This document shows, in pieces, positions 12,825 through 26,209 of a DNA stretch of 64,000 nucleotides (the stretch's first letter is position 1; every line of letters begins with the position of its first letter). Under the pieces are notes generated by a model. It saw only the letters and a program-made list of their open reading frames with translations. It did no database searches and was not told the DNA's origin. Source of the DNA: the human T2T-CHM13v2.0 reference genome, Homo sapiens; the NCBI RefSeq assembly GCF_009914755.1, contig NC_060939.1; one strand, given 5' to 3'. The position numbers and the translations under genes are program-made.

Positions 12825-14764
12825 TCATTCTTCATTTTAAAAGCATAATAAATACTCTTTAAAAATTCCAAGGAACGAGATGTCCCTCTAAACTGCCTTC
12901 TTCCTCTTCGTGTAATTTGACATTAAGTGTCCTGGTGTGTTAAGCTTGCCTCTATTTAAATAGCCCTGCAGAAGGCCATACCACTCAGGCTTAAGGGGAC
13001 AGAAGGTACTCTGTCCTGGAAGCATCATGACACTAAAAGTTCATTAAGATCTCTATCCCAGCTATTACACTCCTAAGGTCACTGGGCTCTCCTCAATAGG
13101 TATATTAAGCAGCAGCCTCAAAAACAGTCCTCAGTTTTAGGATGCAAGGAAAATAATTCACGAAGGTGATCAACTTTAAGTTCAAATTATATTCACTCTA
13201 GATTTTATCATGGCTCCTGCCCATGAATATACCATCTTCCATTCACATCTAAGGCAACTAGTTCAGGGTGAGAGGAAATGGGCACTTTATGAACATCTGC
13301 TATATACAAATCTTTACCCACCTTTTTCCTCCTTTAGAATTTTTCTAACTCAGTGGACTCTCCATGATTCAAAGGAAGTCCTTGATTTTCACTCCTTCTC
13401 ACAAGGTTACCTCTTACAGGTAACAGTACCCTCTTGCCTGCAAAGGTCAGGACAAGAGGATAGAGGAAAAAGCTAAGGGAATCTCAGAACCGTTTATGTG
13501 CTAAAATTCTTAGCTTAGATGTATAGATGGACAAGGAAAAGTGGGCAAGAGAAAGTAAAACTAAAATTTAGGCAAGGAAGCCAATTACCCAGTAAAGAGG
13601 GAGGCTAGCATCCTAGCATGAGAGTATCAGACCAGACTATCTCAGACCCTTAGTCTTGTGGATCAAGGCACTGATGGAGGGCACTGTAGAAAAGTGTTGA
13701 AAGCAATATGGCAGACACTACTGGATTGGCAAATTGCATCCGCTCCTACCAAAGGATCACACTCCCAGAAGCTAAAGGAAAGAAATGGAGAGTGGGAGGT
13801 GTATTTTGGGTAAAAAAGAAAAAGAAGCACTTGTATGAATTTTCATGTTATTTCAGTGAAGTCATAATAGAACAGCTTCCCTTCCCAGAGCTTGCCCAGA
13901 ACAGCTATTTAAAGGGGGAGTGAGAACTGTACAAGCTTTGACTAGATTCTGAGGTCGGAGCCTTAATTAGAGTCACAATTGTATTGTACATCTATTTGTG
14001 TAACTGTTCAATTAGGAGTGTAATAGCTGGGACAGAGATCTTAATGAGCTTTTAGTGTCATGATGCTTCAAGACTGCCCTTTTTTGGTTGTTGTTATTAT
14101 TAAGCTTTCATATAGGGGCTTTTCCTCTCTGCTGTCCAACTGTGTGGTTCTCCCTTCAGGCAGGTTGAAATGCAAGACTGAGTCTTGCTATATCTAAACT
14201 TGGGCATTAAAAATGGGCTGTCTTCCCCTTATCATCTTCATGATTAGCTTGTAAACAGTTTCTTGGGTCTATCCTGTTATCAACAAAAACTCTAGGAATA
14301 CTGGAATATTAGGGCCAATCTTTTACAGTTGAGATAATTGAGATTCAGAAAGATGAAGTGAACTACTGGACACAGCACAGATAGTGACAGAGCCTGGGCT
14401 TGCACATTAGTGTTCTGACCTTTCAGGAACAAAACAATCACAATGCCTGTACATGTCATAATAAGGTCATTCTAACACTACAATGTACACCAGTACCCAA
14501 ACTGGATCATTCATTTAAAAAAAATTCATTCCCGAAGACATAGTTTTTGTGGTCTTAATAGGTATTTTACTTAATTTTCCTCTGCCTTTCACTACTTAGA
14601 CTTGGGTACAATTAAAGATGATATTTATATTTTGTGTTATATAGAATGAACAGCACTCAAACACATTCTTATTTAAGCAAATCTGGCCTACGAAAAGCTG
14701 TATTCATGAACCCTCACCAAATAAATGGTGAGGATGGTTTTTTGTTTTGGCTTTAGAAAATGAT

Positions 14765-15273
<509 letters not shown>

Positions 15274-17114
15274 CTCAGAATCATTTTTTATATTTTGTAG
15301 GAGGAGGCGGACAACTGGGGTGGCATGGTGGGGGTGGTTTAAGTGTTAATATTTTGAGATGATTAAAAAGGAAGAGAAAATGAATGTCAGAGCTTGTGAA
15401 AATGACTGTTGAGACAAAACAATTACTCTGTTATAAATTAATAATGCAATTAACTTATGATATGTTATTGAGTGCTTGAAGAATGGATAGCCCTCAAATA
15501 TTCTTTTTAAAACCCATTTATTGCCCAAGATAAACTTAAGGGTAGTGTCACATTTTGAAAAATGTTATTTTATTGGCCATAATTTTTCACAGTTTCGATG
15601 GGGACTTAGTGACAGCCCAACACAGCAAATGTCCTTTCATGTTACCATCCTTGTTTTTTTTTTTTCTTTCTTCTAAAGCTAAATTGTCCTGGGACACTCC
15701 AAATGTGATTTATTTGTCCCAAGGCCAGTAGAAGTTTCCATGTAGGTGAAAATGGATGTTTGGCTAGTTGAAGAGAAATGGAAATGAGTTCTGCAAGCTG
15801 ACTTACCCAGTGGAAATGGGTAAGTAACTCAGGAACATTATATCACTGTACATTCTGACTATAAGGAATTCTGGATAATTCATGTCCCTTATAGATACAT
15901 ATGAACTTACACATGATCTATCAGGAAGGAAGAAGACAGGAGCCCCATGAAGAGGGTGGGCATCTCAGTGCCAGGCCTTTGTGCTATGTGCTTTATTTAC
16001 TCACTTAGTAATTGCAACGGTCTAGTGAAGCTTTAGGTTCCAAAGTCACAGAGCACCAAGTAACACTACCACTGGGATTTGTTCCACATTTGGTATTGCT
16101 AGTATTGTGGAGACTTTGTTTTACCTTGCCTCTTCCTTTGGGGAACAGTAGTAGGCATCCACTTTTACAAGAAAGTTGATGCTGTGAAGAGGAAATAAGA
16201 GGCCAGATAAATTCAAGGTAAAATTAATGAAGATATGTTTAGATCCTGGTTCTCCCATTGCCTGGTCCAACGTTCTTTCCACCACATTCCAGTCCTTAGG
16301 GATGAGGTAGAAAGAGAAAGATGTTTGATAGACCTGATAAACCCTGAACAGGGCTCCCTGTCAGAGAACTTGCGTTCCAGTCTAGTCTGTGAATTTCACT
16401 GCCTGAAACCTGGCTCTTTACTTCCTCACACCTGTTTCCTCATCTATCAAATGGAGAAGTTGGTCTAGAAGATCTCCAAGGTCCATTTCAGATCTAACAC
16501 TCTATTATTCTATTATCTTTGTGCTCTGGTAAGTAGAAGCATATAGCCCTGGGCTTATTAATATTAACTGGGGCAAACAACTGAAATTAGTTTATGAAAA
16601 TAGAGCTGTGGTTTTTGCTTGGAGCCAAATCTGCCTTATGAGACTCACTTTAAGCATTGGTAATGGGATTGCTGATGGCTCCTTGGCCAGAACCTCAATG
16701 CCCTGCTGTTACACTTTCCAGGTGGTGCCAAGGGTGAGCGTCCTCTGTAGACACATGAAACTGAGGCATTACACAGTTTAAGTGAAAGGAATAAATCAAA
16801 TCAGTTACATTCAGCCTGACTCATCTTTTGTCTATCTTTTCTCAATGCTTGTTCAGTCCAGCTCAGTACGAAGGCCAACCCTTCCTGGAAACAGCCCCTT
16901 CCAGTCCCAGCCTGCATTGAATGGGTTGCTTCACCCAACCACAGAGAGTTCCTACTCTCTACACTCATACCATTTATATTTTGGGACTCAGGCCTGTCTA
17001 TATGTCTCAATAGCTGAGAGCTATAATGAAGATCGTTGTGTCAGGGGTAATGCTTTACGCCTTTGTTCAGGGGAGAGATGGGATATTAAAATTTTTTGGC
17101 CTAGACAACTTATC

Positions 17115-17515
17115 TTCATTTATTTATATATTTTTACATGTGATATTTTGATACAAACATACAATATATAGTGATCAAAATGCATCACCCCAAGCATTTA
17201 CCATTTTTCTGTGTTAGGAACATTCCATTTCTCCTCTTTTAGTTATTTTGAAATAGACAATAAATTATTATTAACTATAGTCACCCCTATTGTGCCAATG
17301 AACATTAGATCCTATTCCTTCTATCTAACTGTATTTTTGTACCCACTAACCATCTCCTCTTTATATCCACCTCCCCACTATTCTTCCCAGCCTCTGGTAG
17401 CCATTATTCTACTCTCCATCTGCATGAGTTCAAGATTTGTTTTAGCTCCCACATATTAAATATTTGTCTTTCTGCACCTGGCTTAGTTCACTCAACATAA
17501 TGTCCTCCAGTTCCA
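17115..17515 (-). mobile_element. L1MA-type LINE-1 3' end
   Basis: TTTTAGTTATTTTGAAAT...ATTATTAACTATAGTCACC...CTAACTGTATTTTTGTACCCA...TAGCTCCCACAT...ATAATGTCCTCCAGTTCCA. Confidence 0.85.
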
Positions 17516-17988
17516 AGTGATTTTGTGATTTATAACAAGACATATATATTTGGTCTTCATCCATTTCTGTTACTGAGTTCCTAAAACCCTTGGAATTTCA
17601 GAAGGGATAAGAGAATGAAGGCAAAATCATCATCTTTTATTGTTCATAACATACCCTTTTCAATTACACCTGCGTTTATATTAATGACTGCCCTTTAGGA
17701 AGCTCCTAAGCATGGGGGGCTGGTTGCCAGAGGAACAAACTGTGTGATTGGGACTCTCAGCCCCACTCTCCAGACCTCTAGGGAGGAGAGAGGGGCTGGA
17801 GTTTAAATTAGTCACCAGTGGCCAATCATGCCTACATGACAAAGCTGCCATAAAACCCAAAAGGACAGGGTTCAGGGAGATTCCAGGTTGCTGAAGACAT
17901 AGAGGTGCTGGGAGGGTGGCATGCCCATCCCCTATATCTTGTCTTATGCATCTTTTCCATCTGGGTGTTCCTGAGTTGTATCTTATCT

Positions 17989-17989
<1 letters not shown>

Positions 17990-18031
<42 letters not shown>

Positions 18032-18055
18032 CCTACCTACCTATCTACCTATCTA
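17990..18055. repeat. Compound (TATC)10/(TACC)n tetranucleotide STR derived from an Alu tail
   Basis: Directly visible, abuts the 3' end of a reverse Alu. Confidence 0.95.
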
Positions 18056-18323
18056 GTTTCGAGTCAGAATCTTGCTCTGTCATCCAGGCTGGAGGGCAGT
18101 GGTGCGATCTTGGCTCACTGTAACCACTGCCTGCAGGGCTCAAGCGATTCTCATGCCTCAGCCTCCCGGGTAGCTGGGACTACAGCTGTGAGCCACCATG
18201 CCCGGCTAATTTTTGTATTTTTAGTAGAGACGGGGTTTCGCCATGTTTCCCAGGCTGGTCTTGAACTCCTGGGCTCAAGTGATCTGCCTGCCTAGACCTC
18301 CCAAAGTGCTACCACACTCAGCC
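18056..18323 (-). mobile_element. Alu, AluJ-like, with a small internal deletion near its 5' end
   Basis: CTCCTGGGCTCAAGTGATC; CCCAAAGTGCT joined directly to ACCACAC. Confidence 0.9.
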
Positions 18324-19369
18324 TTTTTGTATAAACCTTTTTGTATCTATCTTTTAATATAAACCAGTAATTTAGTAAGAAAACTGTTGTCCTGAGTTCT
18401 TTGATCTGTTCTAGTAAGTGACTGAGCCTGAGGAGGGGTACTGGCAACTTCGAAATTATAGCTGATGGGTCAGAAATCACAGGTGACAACATGTAGATTG
18501 ACATCTTAAGTGGGGGCAGTATTGTGCAACTGAGCCCTTAACTGTGGGATCTGATGCTATTTCCAGGTAGATAGTGTCAGAATTGAGTTTAATTGTAGAA
18601 CACCCAGTTCGTGTGTGCCACAGAACTGAATTGTTATAGGAAAAGAAACGCACACATCAGGTGTCATATGTGAAGTACTGAGAGCAGTAGCAGAGAATCT
18701 TTCCTCTTAGGGTATACAGATGGGAGGTCATAGGCTATATATTTGACCTACATCGCCCTTTTTGCCAAGTTTATTTTAATGTTCTGCTCTTGGGTTCTAA
18801 CAAAAGATGCATTAGAGCCTAAGTGTATCAATGTGCTAAATAATTAATATGTACTCTATAGAAATTTTGTTGAGGCTACAGCTACCAGGATCTCTTGATA
18901 TTCTCTATATGAGATCCTATGAGAGAGTTTTCTCACAATTTCATTTCAAGAAAATGGCTACCCCGTTTTAATGATCATTTAATTAATAAGAACTGTGAAT
19001 TGACAATGTCTCCCATTTTATTTTGGTTGCCAGGAAGTCCAGGTGAAATACGAAATAAATTGATGCACTCTTTCTTGTTCTATATAATATGTATAGTATA
19101 TTTTTAATCTGGTCATGATAGTTTTCAATTTTACTTACACGTTCCCTGATCCTGCTTCTCTAATCTTATTTATATTTTGCCATTGTTATATATCAGAAGT
19201 TTCCTTCTATTTTCCCCAAATAGCTCTTAAAATAAGGTGAAATATATATAAATATACAAATAACACCCATAATTTGTTTAAATCTAAAATGCCTAGCATG
19301 GTGCCAGAATTTTAGCAGTTAATAACTACTGCTTGATTTATAGGGAGACACATTACACCTTACAGAGAA

Positions 19370-19830
19370 GCAGTTTCTGAGAGTCAGAGCTGGCTGGAGA
19401 AGAACTGCATGGTCCCTGTCACTGGAGGTATCTGTGAATAAACTAGATAAGCACTTTGGCTCACTTAGTTAAGCCTTGGTTTCTTTAACTGGAAAATGGC
19501 AGTAATAGCATCTCCCTTGGAGGTCACTGTGAATAGTATAAGTTGGTACATGTCAAGCTCTCAAGCTCTTAGCACAGGGACGCACATTTGAAAAAAGTAG
19601 CCTTTATTATTAATGAGGACTTGTGCATTGAAAGCTGTTTTATTAGCTTAAGTACACTTCCAAACCTGATGGTTCTGTTGGGCTAGCAAGCCCTCAGTCA
19701 TCAGAAGAATCATAGACTTAGAGTCTTGGACCAACCCTGCCTGTGTGGCTACTGTGAGAGGGATTTAAACAGCAAATGAAGGACTGGATGGAGTGGCCTT
19801 TAGGCTTCCTTCCACCCCAAAGTGCGTGGT
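19370..19830 (+). mobile_element. Probable L3/CR1 3' relic interrupted by a MIR (about 19460-19600)
   Basis: CCCTGTCACTGGAGGTAT and GGACTGGATG...CCTTTAGGCTTCCTTCCA resemble the L3 3' end; MIR core lies between them. Confidence 0.4.
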
Positions 19831-20683
19831 ACTTCGGTTTCAAATCCATTCAATCAGAGATGGCATAAGGGTGTCTGGGAGAAAAAAAGGATTCTAATGT
19901 CATTTTATTAGAAGTTCTCCCTTCTTTCATGTGTAAATTTCACTTGGGACCTTATCAATTGGATATTAAAGCATTTTCCAGGGGGGAAAAACACTCAGTA
20001 AGAGGAAAATTGAGAAAATGTCTGAGAGCACTTCATGCCTTCCTGTCTATCTGTACATAAAGAGCTGCTTTCTTCACAGCTTTCCAAACACAGGTTGGCA
20101 ACCTGATTATTTCCACTAGGCACAGACAGTACACTTCAAACAAGGAAGCTGACCAGAACCCATGCCAAACATGATGGATGTTCCAGTTTTATTACCATCA
20201 ACCTCGGACCAAATCACTCCATCAGGCACCCCCCCATTATTTTACAGTATTTTGATGGTGGTATCCTTCAGAAAATGGGCCACATCTAGAAAAAAAGAAC
20301 ACATCAGTTCCTTATATTTTGGCTGAAATGACCATAAAATTGCAGGTCCTCAGTGCAGCCAAGGTAACCATTTTTTCCCACTGACCTTTGTGTAAGGAGT
20401 TGTCAGGCATCGGAATGTGGCTGAATTAATAGGTAGGACCTTTCCCAGAGATATAGAGGGCACAGGCTGATTTCGCGATTTTATAAACAGATTTTTCTTT
20501 TCCATGAAAATCCCAGGAGAGGCATCTATTACAGAGGTTGGGACTATAGGTGTCACCCAGGATAGGCCACAATATAGATTATCCAGGTGCACCTAACAGG
20601 AGAAGGAAAGGTGGTCTCAATAATGCAGGGCATGTTTCAGCTTAATACTCCTGAGTTCAGCCAACACTTTGGTTAGAAACATG

Positions 20684-20746
20684 ATTGGAAATCTCCTGTT
20701 GATAGAGTCTCTCCAAATAGACTCTTATCAACAGGAGATTGCCAGT
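20684..20746. other. Near-perfect inverted repeat / stem-loop (about 25-bp stem, 8-nt loop)
   Basis: TGGAAATCTCCTGTTGATAGAGTCT-CTCCAAAT-AGACTCTTATCAACAGGAGATTGCCA; arms are complementary apart from one bulged T and one mismatch. Confidence 0.9.
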
Positions 20747-21349
20747 GGGCAGGTCTGATGGCACGCAATGTCCGGCATGTGGCTGGTCACATAACAGGTA
20801 TTATAAACATTTGTTAAAAGTTTAAATTTGCCCCAGCTGCTCTCAAGTAATGGCTTTTACAAGTCCCAGACTTCTAGGATCGAAAAATGCATAAGCAAGT
20901 GACCACTCCTCCCTCTCCCCTTGGAAAACCATAAAATGGACAAGAAAGTGCATAAGCGATGCTAGCCCTAAGGGGAACCCTGGCCCTGACACGTTTTGCC
21001 ATCCTCCTCTTGTTCCCTCTGGCTTGGTAGTGCATCACTGTTCTTGCTTCCTCCACACTTATGTCCCAGAGGAGGCAACTTGACTAGGATACATTGCACC
21101 ACTCAGAATTCATAATAAGATCAAGAAGAAGTGACTTGAGGACTCTTTGTGTTCCTTGGTTGCCTGCTTATCTTTTCTCACTGTGGTTGACTGGGCCAAG
21201 GAAAATATCTCCATGAAGTAGTCTTTGCAACAATGGTATAAGAATTCAATCAGACATGTGACTAGGCCTTCCTATTATTCATGATTTCAGTCATAAGTTA
21301 ATGAGCAAAGCAAAGGTTATTCCGTTACTAGCCACAGCTGGCTACAGAA

Positions 21350-21700
21350 ACCAGGTGCTATTTATTCAGAGAGTTATTGAACTGCTGGTATGTACCAAGT
21401 AGCATGCTAAGCACTGTGGGGCTAAATAAAGGTAAATTAAACAAACATCCTATGCACAAATTAATTATCCTATGAGGGGGAATTAGACACCTACTTACAT
21501 GACCAGAGAGTGAAAAGTGCACCTAAGAGCTATGGACAGCGATTTTTGTGGATTTTAGAGGAGAAATAATGTCTTCTGTTTACAGGTATCTACCAGGTTG
21601 TACGGAAGAAGCAGTTCATATGTTGGTCCTTAATGGATAAAAGGCATCTGGACCCAAGGAGGTAGTGGAAGTGTAGTGAGAGTGGCGACAACCATAGAGC
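21350..21700 (-). mobile_element. L2 fragment (degenerate)
   Basis: TTTATTCAG...TTATTGA...TATGTACCAAG...TGCTAAGCACTG reverse L2 tail. Confidence 0.5.
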
Positions 21701-22934
21701 AGAGGGGCGTCTTTAGCTAGCAAATCTCTGTGGGAGGATACATTAGACTAAGAAGGCACTTGGCCATTAGATTACGTAGTCAGTTTATAACTGTATATGC
21801 GTGGTGACGCTCAAACACTTTTGCACAGAAACCTACTTGGCGTCACAAAAGCATAAGACCTCCTGGACAATGGCCTGCATCTTCCCCTCCCCACTAGGCA
21901 TTCTGGTTGTCAGTGGTCACAGGCATTTTATGCTAGGCCAATCCTTACACTCACTAGTCACATATGGGTCACTTATAGAGTTGTTTAACTGTCCCTGTGA
22001 CATAAGCATAGGCTTGCCTTTGGCAACTGTACAAGACAAGTCCTAATCCTATTGTTCTTTTCCAAGACAATCAATGTGATCTCTTGCCAAGAAGTATTTT
22101 TTAAACAACTTCTTAACTCTCTCAGTTACTCTACTAGTCCTGTTAGGAAGACACATCTGGTTTGCTAGACAATCAATGCAAGTTGGAGAGGTTTGATACT
22201 CATGCAAACACAGCCAGATCCTCTTTTCTCTAAAGTGAGAACTTTTAGAAATGTCTTCTTGAGCACATCGGAACAAGCATAGGAAACAGTAATTAGAATG
22301 GACTTCAATGCATAATAGATCAAGTCTACAAAAGGAGATGGGTTGGAGATATCCAGGCAACAGAAGTTTTGCACGTTTCCCCAAATTACATTCCTGTTGC
22401 AGATCAAAGATTTGTTTTTTTTTCAAACCACACCAAAGCACACATTTGGAAGCCAAACTCCTCAAGGGCACTTAAGAATTATTTGGTAACCTTCCTGTTA
22501 AATTTGGAGTTCAGCCTACAAGCTTAAGGTACACCAAATAATGGCCTTCACTGAATCGCTGCCCTAGCAAACAAAGCATTGTTTATGGGATTGGAGAATG
22601 ACATCTACATGAGGTTTGAAGTATTTTATGTGCATAATGTGTTTCAAGGGCCATGGCCAGCCAGACTACCTGTAATGCCATTCATCAAATAAATATTAAT
22701 ATCACCAACTCAGATTTTGACTCTGTTCTTCCTTGTGGGAGCCATTCAACCTAGGAGGGTTGATGAGGGAAATATTGCCCCTATATTCCAAAGCTGAATG
22801 GTTTTTCCACTTAAGAAAGGAAGACTTTTCCCTTTTACAGAACTGGCTCTCTCTTGTCCAGTCTAGCCAGTTCAAAGCCTCTTATGTGAAGCAGTCAGCT
22901 TCCATATACCACAACCATGCATAATTAAAAACTT

Positions 22935-23200
22935 TAAGGATGTTAAATGCAATGCAGTATCCTGGATTGGATCCTGGAAACAGAAAAAGGACATTAGTGG
23001 AAAAAACTGGTAAAATCCAAATAAAGTCTGGACTTCAGTTAATAGTAATGTGCCAATGTTAACTTCTGAGTTTTGGCAAATGAATCATAGTTATGTAAGA
23101 TGTTAACGTTGGGAGACACTGGGTAAAAGGTATGCAGAAACTCTCTGCATTATCTTTACAACTCTATGCAAATCTAAAAGTATTCCAAAGTAAACAGTTT
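22935..23200 (+). mobile_element. L1MD/L1ME-type LINE-1 3' end
   Basis: TATCCTGGATTGGATCCTGGA...AAAAAGGACATTAGTGGAAAAA...GTTAATAGTAATG...TGTAAGATGTTAAC...AAATCTAAAA. Confidence 0.85.
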
Positions 23201-23899
23201 ATTGAAAGCTTTGTGGATGAACTTATGCTTTGGAGAATAACTCACTGGCAGCACTATGAGGTAATCTCTATCATAAAGCAAGTGTGCCATAGCAAAATAA
23301 GCACTAGTCTAAGAGGTAGGAGCTCCATGTCTGAGGCCCAGGTCTGTACATACTTTAAGCTGTGATCTTGCATTGGCCATTTAACCTCCTATAGAATGAA
23401 TACCTACATCTGTGAGATGCTCTGCATCTCTCACAGGGGTATTAGGAAGATCATATACAAAGATGCTCTGGAGAATGCAATGAAAACCTAAAAGGATAAC
23501 AAATTCAAAATGCGGTCTGAGCAAGACGTTGGGTATCTTGAGAAGGTACTGAGCCATGATCCGCAGGCAAACACAAAGGCAGCTATTGTTTGGTCTTCAC
23601 TCTGGAAGTGGGACAGCAAGAGAAACTTTTCGAATGGTACCTGAGAGACCACACCAGGGTCTCTCAGGGTGCACAGAATTTAGCAACCAAGTATAAAGTA
23701 GGGCAGTGAGAACAGCAAAGGTTTTGCTTGACATCTCCTGGAATCTCTGAAACTGCAGAGTGGAATCACTTCTCTATTTAGTGACTGAAGAGGTGGTTCA
23801 TACACAAGTAGAGGAATCTTGTGGTCCCAAATGCTAGCACCACCACTTGTTGATTTGTCATTCCAATTAACTAGTTCTTTCCTATGGCAGTACATCTGG

Positions 23900-24540
23900 T
23901 CTTTCTTGCACAATTCCCCAGCAACAACAATATCAAAGTCAACTCCTTAGCATGGTGCACAAGCTCCTTCACATCTGCCCCCCTGGCTCATCTCCTGCCC
24001 TCTCCTCCTTACCTCCAGCCATGCACCCCTATGTGCTGTTCCCCAAGTGCACATATTGTTTAGTGCTATGTGCTCTTCACCTGCTCTTCCTCCTCTCTGG
24101 GGTGCCCTTCCATATCTTCCTCACCAGCGCAATCCCTACTCAACTTTTCTTTTCCTAATTCCTTTATTTATGGGCTCCCTCTTTCCTCTTCTCCTTCTTC
24201 TTAGTTTTCGTTTTTCACATCAAGTGCCGAGTCTATAAAGATTCTTCCTTGATCTTTTGTCTCTCCCAGTCTCAGCTGGTGCCCAGAGCCTCTTGTGCCC
24301 AGAATTTCCCCTCACTCATGATTAAAGTGTTCATCTCAGATTCTGACTCTCTCCCTAACACATCCTCCACACCAGATTGTGGTCTTCTATGGGTAAAGGT
24401 CGTGTGTGTGTGTGTGTGTGTGTGTCTGTGTGTGTGTGTCTGTGTGTGTGTGTCTGTGTGTATGTGTGCAAGTTATCTTAATCATTTAGCCAAATATTCA
24501 GTACAAAGTAGGTTTTTGGAATAAATGAATGAATGAAGAA
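23900..24540 (+). mobile_element. L2 fragment with an internal microsatellite
   Basis: AAAGTCAACTCCTTAGCATGG start, pyrimidine-rich body, (GAAT)n tail near 24520-24537. Confidence 0.55.
24402..24468. repeat. Interrupted (TG)n microsatellite
   Basis: Directly visible. Confidence 0.95.
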
Positions 24541-25288
24541 ATGGTCATGCCCCTTAGATCTAGTCCAGAAGTATGCAGGTACTTCTAAAAGGCCAGGAAA
24601 ACTTGGGATTACATGTTAAAAGTTACTTCTATTAGAATAATTTCCAAATACATTCATATAACTTGTGGTGAGCTCACACAGTTCGGTATTATTAACAATA
24701 TGTACAGAGGATTTTGCAGAATGACATAATGAGAATGACAACATTTTATGACTAAGTACCAGATAATGAAAGAAAATTAATTAATTTGCTGCTAAGATAA
24801 ATGACTATACAAACTTAGGGGGGAAAGCTGCCACAGCTATTATGTTTCTAAGTTTGTTCTGGAACATAAAGTAGCTTCCACCGAACAACTCCCACCTCCA
24901 ATTAGCTGTATTAGCTCTATTAAGTTGAAATGCAGCTAGAGATATCCAGTTGCTGTTTTAAACATTCCCAAATAATACATTCTGGAGCAAAAAGCAAATT
25001 TTGTAGGTAATAGGTATAAAATATCAGGGAATTTATCTTTCACATAGTAATTCACAAAAGAAAGGGCAAATACAGAATGCAAAGCAGTCTGTCTATCCTT
25101 CTATAAATATTCGCCAATTAGCTTATAGGGAAGTCACTTAAAACAAATAACCTATTTTTTTCAATGTTAATATTAATTTTACCAAGCCAAGGCATGAAGT
25201 CCTGAAAAGGGAAGAAGAAAAACCTACAACAGCTGTTTATCTTAAATCTGGCATCCCTTTTTTGGCTCAAGAAAATTGATAAAAATCT

Positions 25289-25587
25289 CATTTTATAATA
25301 AGTTCACTGCTACATAAAATTTATACATTTGAACATTAAATTTTATGGGTTTTGTTTTTTTAGGGGAGTAGATTATACTAAAATTCTGCTTATTTGCAGA
25401 CAAAGCTGTGTCCTTGAGGGTATAGTTGAAGTTAGAAACAAAATGTTTTATCTTATTTTTTTCAAAAATATGCATTAAGCATCAACTGTGTACCAGGCAC
25501 TGTTCTAGGTGCTGGGAATACAGCAGTAAACAGAATAAACTTTCCAACTTTGTAGGGTTACATTCCAGCTTAGGGGTCAGTAAACTT
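25289..25587 (+). repeat. Arm A (source copy) of a ~300-bp inverted duplication
   Basis: Reverse complement aligns to 26282-26580 with about 8-9 substitutions and 3 small indel zones (manual alignment). Confidence 0.95.
25465..25570 (-). mobile_element. L2 3' end fragment
   Basis: TGTGTACCAGGCACTGTTCTAGGTGCTGGGAATACAGCAGTAAACAG. Confidence 0.8.
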
Positions 25588-25788
25588 CCATAAAGCATCA
25601 GCAGAGTAAATACTTTTAGTTTTGTGCCAAGACTGTCTTTTGTAAGACTCAACTCCACCATTGTGGTACAAAAGCAGCCACAGACAATACATGAAGGAAT
25701 GAGTGTAGCTGTTTTCCAATTCAACTTTATTAATATAGAAAGGCATGGGGCCTGATTTAGCATGTAGGCCATTGTTTGCTAACTCCTA
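25571..25788 (+). mobile_element. MER58A (hAT-Charlie) MITE
   Basis: Termini TAGGGGTCAGTAAACT and GTTTGCTAACTCCTA; internal AAAGCAGCCACAGACAATAC; 8-bp TSD TTCCAGCT (25563-25570) / TTCCAGCG (25789-25796). Confidence 0.85.
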
Positions 25789-25924
25789 TTCCAGCGTATA
25801 AAATTTCTTCTTAATCACCAAAACTAAGTAGGGGTATTACAGAATTTATGGAATGATTTACAGAATTATGGAAATTTAGAATTGAAAAAGGACATCCACT
25901 TATTTTAACCTTATTTTGCCCTGA

Positions 25925-26160
25925 GGAAGTAGGATCATGGTTAAAAGTGTGGCCTCTGGGGTCAGCCTGCTAGTGTACAAATTCTGCTTTTTCACTAACT
26001 ATAGGTGATTTGGGGCAAGTTATTTAATCTTTCACTTTTTCTCATTGATAAAGGGAAGTGAATAATACTATCTACACCTCAGGAGACTCTTAGGATAATC
26101 CAGGTAAACATTTATCAGGGCATATGGCTCACAGGAAACTCACAACAAAATTCTAGCTAT
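25925..26160 (+). mobile_element. MIR SINE
   Basis: TGGTTAAAAGTGTGGCCTCTGGGGTCAG...GTGATTTGGGGCAAGTTATTTAATCT. Confidence 0.7.
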
Positions 26161-26209
26161 TCATCAGAACAACAACATCATCAATAACAACAATAATGGT
26201 AACAACAAA

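Larger units (their letters stand above)
17524..18700. mobile_element. MER21-family LTR interrupted by an Alu
   Basis: TATATATTTGGTCTTC...CCTAAAACCCTTGGAATTTC, GGGGCTGGTTGCCAGAGGAA, and GTGGGATCTGATGCTATTTCCAGGTAGATAGTGTCAGAATTGAG resemble MER21. Confidence 0.8.

Noticed and set aside
23640-23668. 11-bp stem hairpin CCTGAGAGACC/GGTCTCTCAGG (also 8-bp stems near 3230 and 14713)
   Set aside because: Too short to distinguish from chance or to form a pre-miRNA
25837-25884. Imperfect tandem TTACAGAATT(T)ATGGAA inside the spacer
   Set aside because: Resembles the repetitive tail of MIR3/L3; not evidently linked to the duplication
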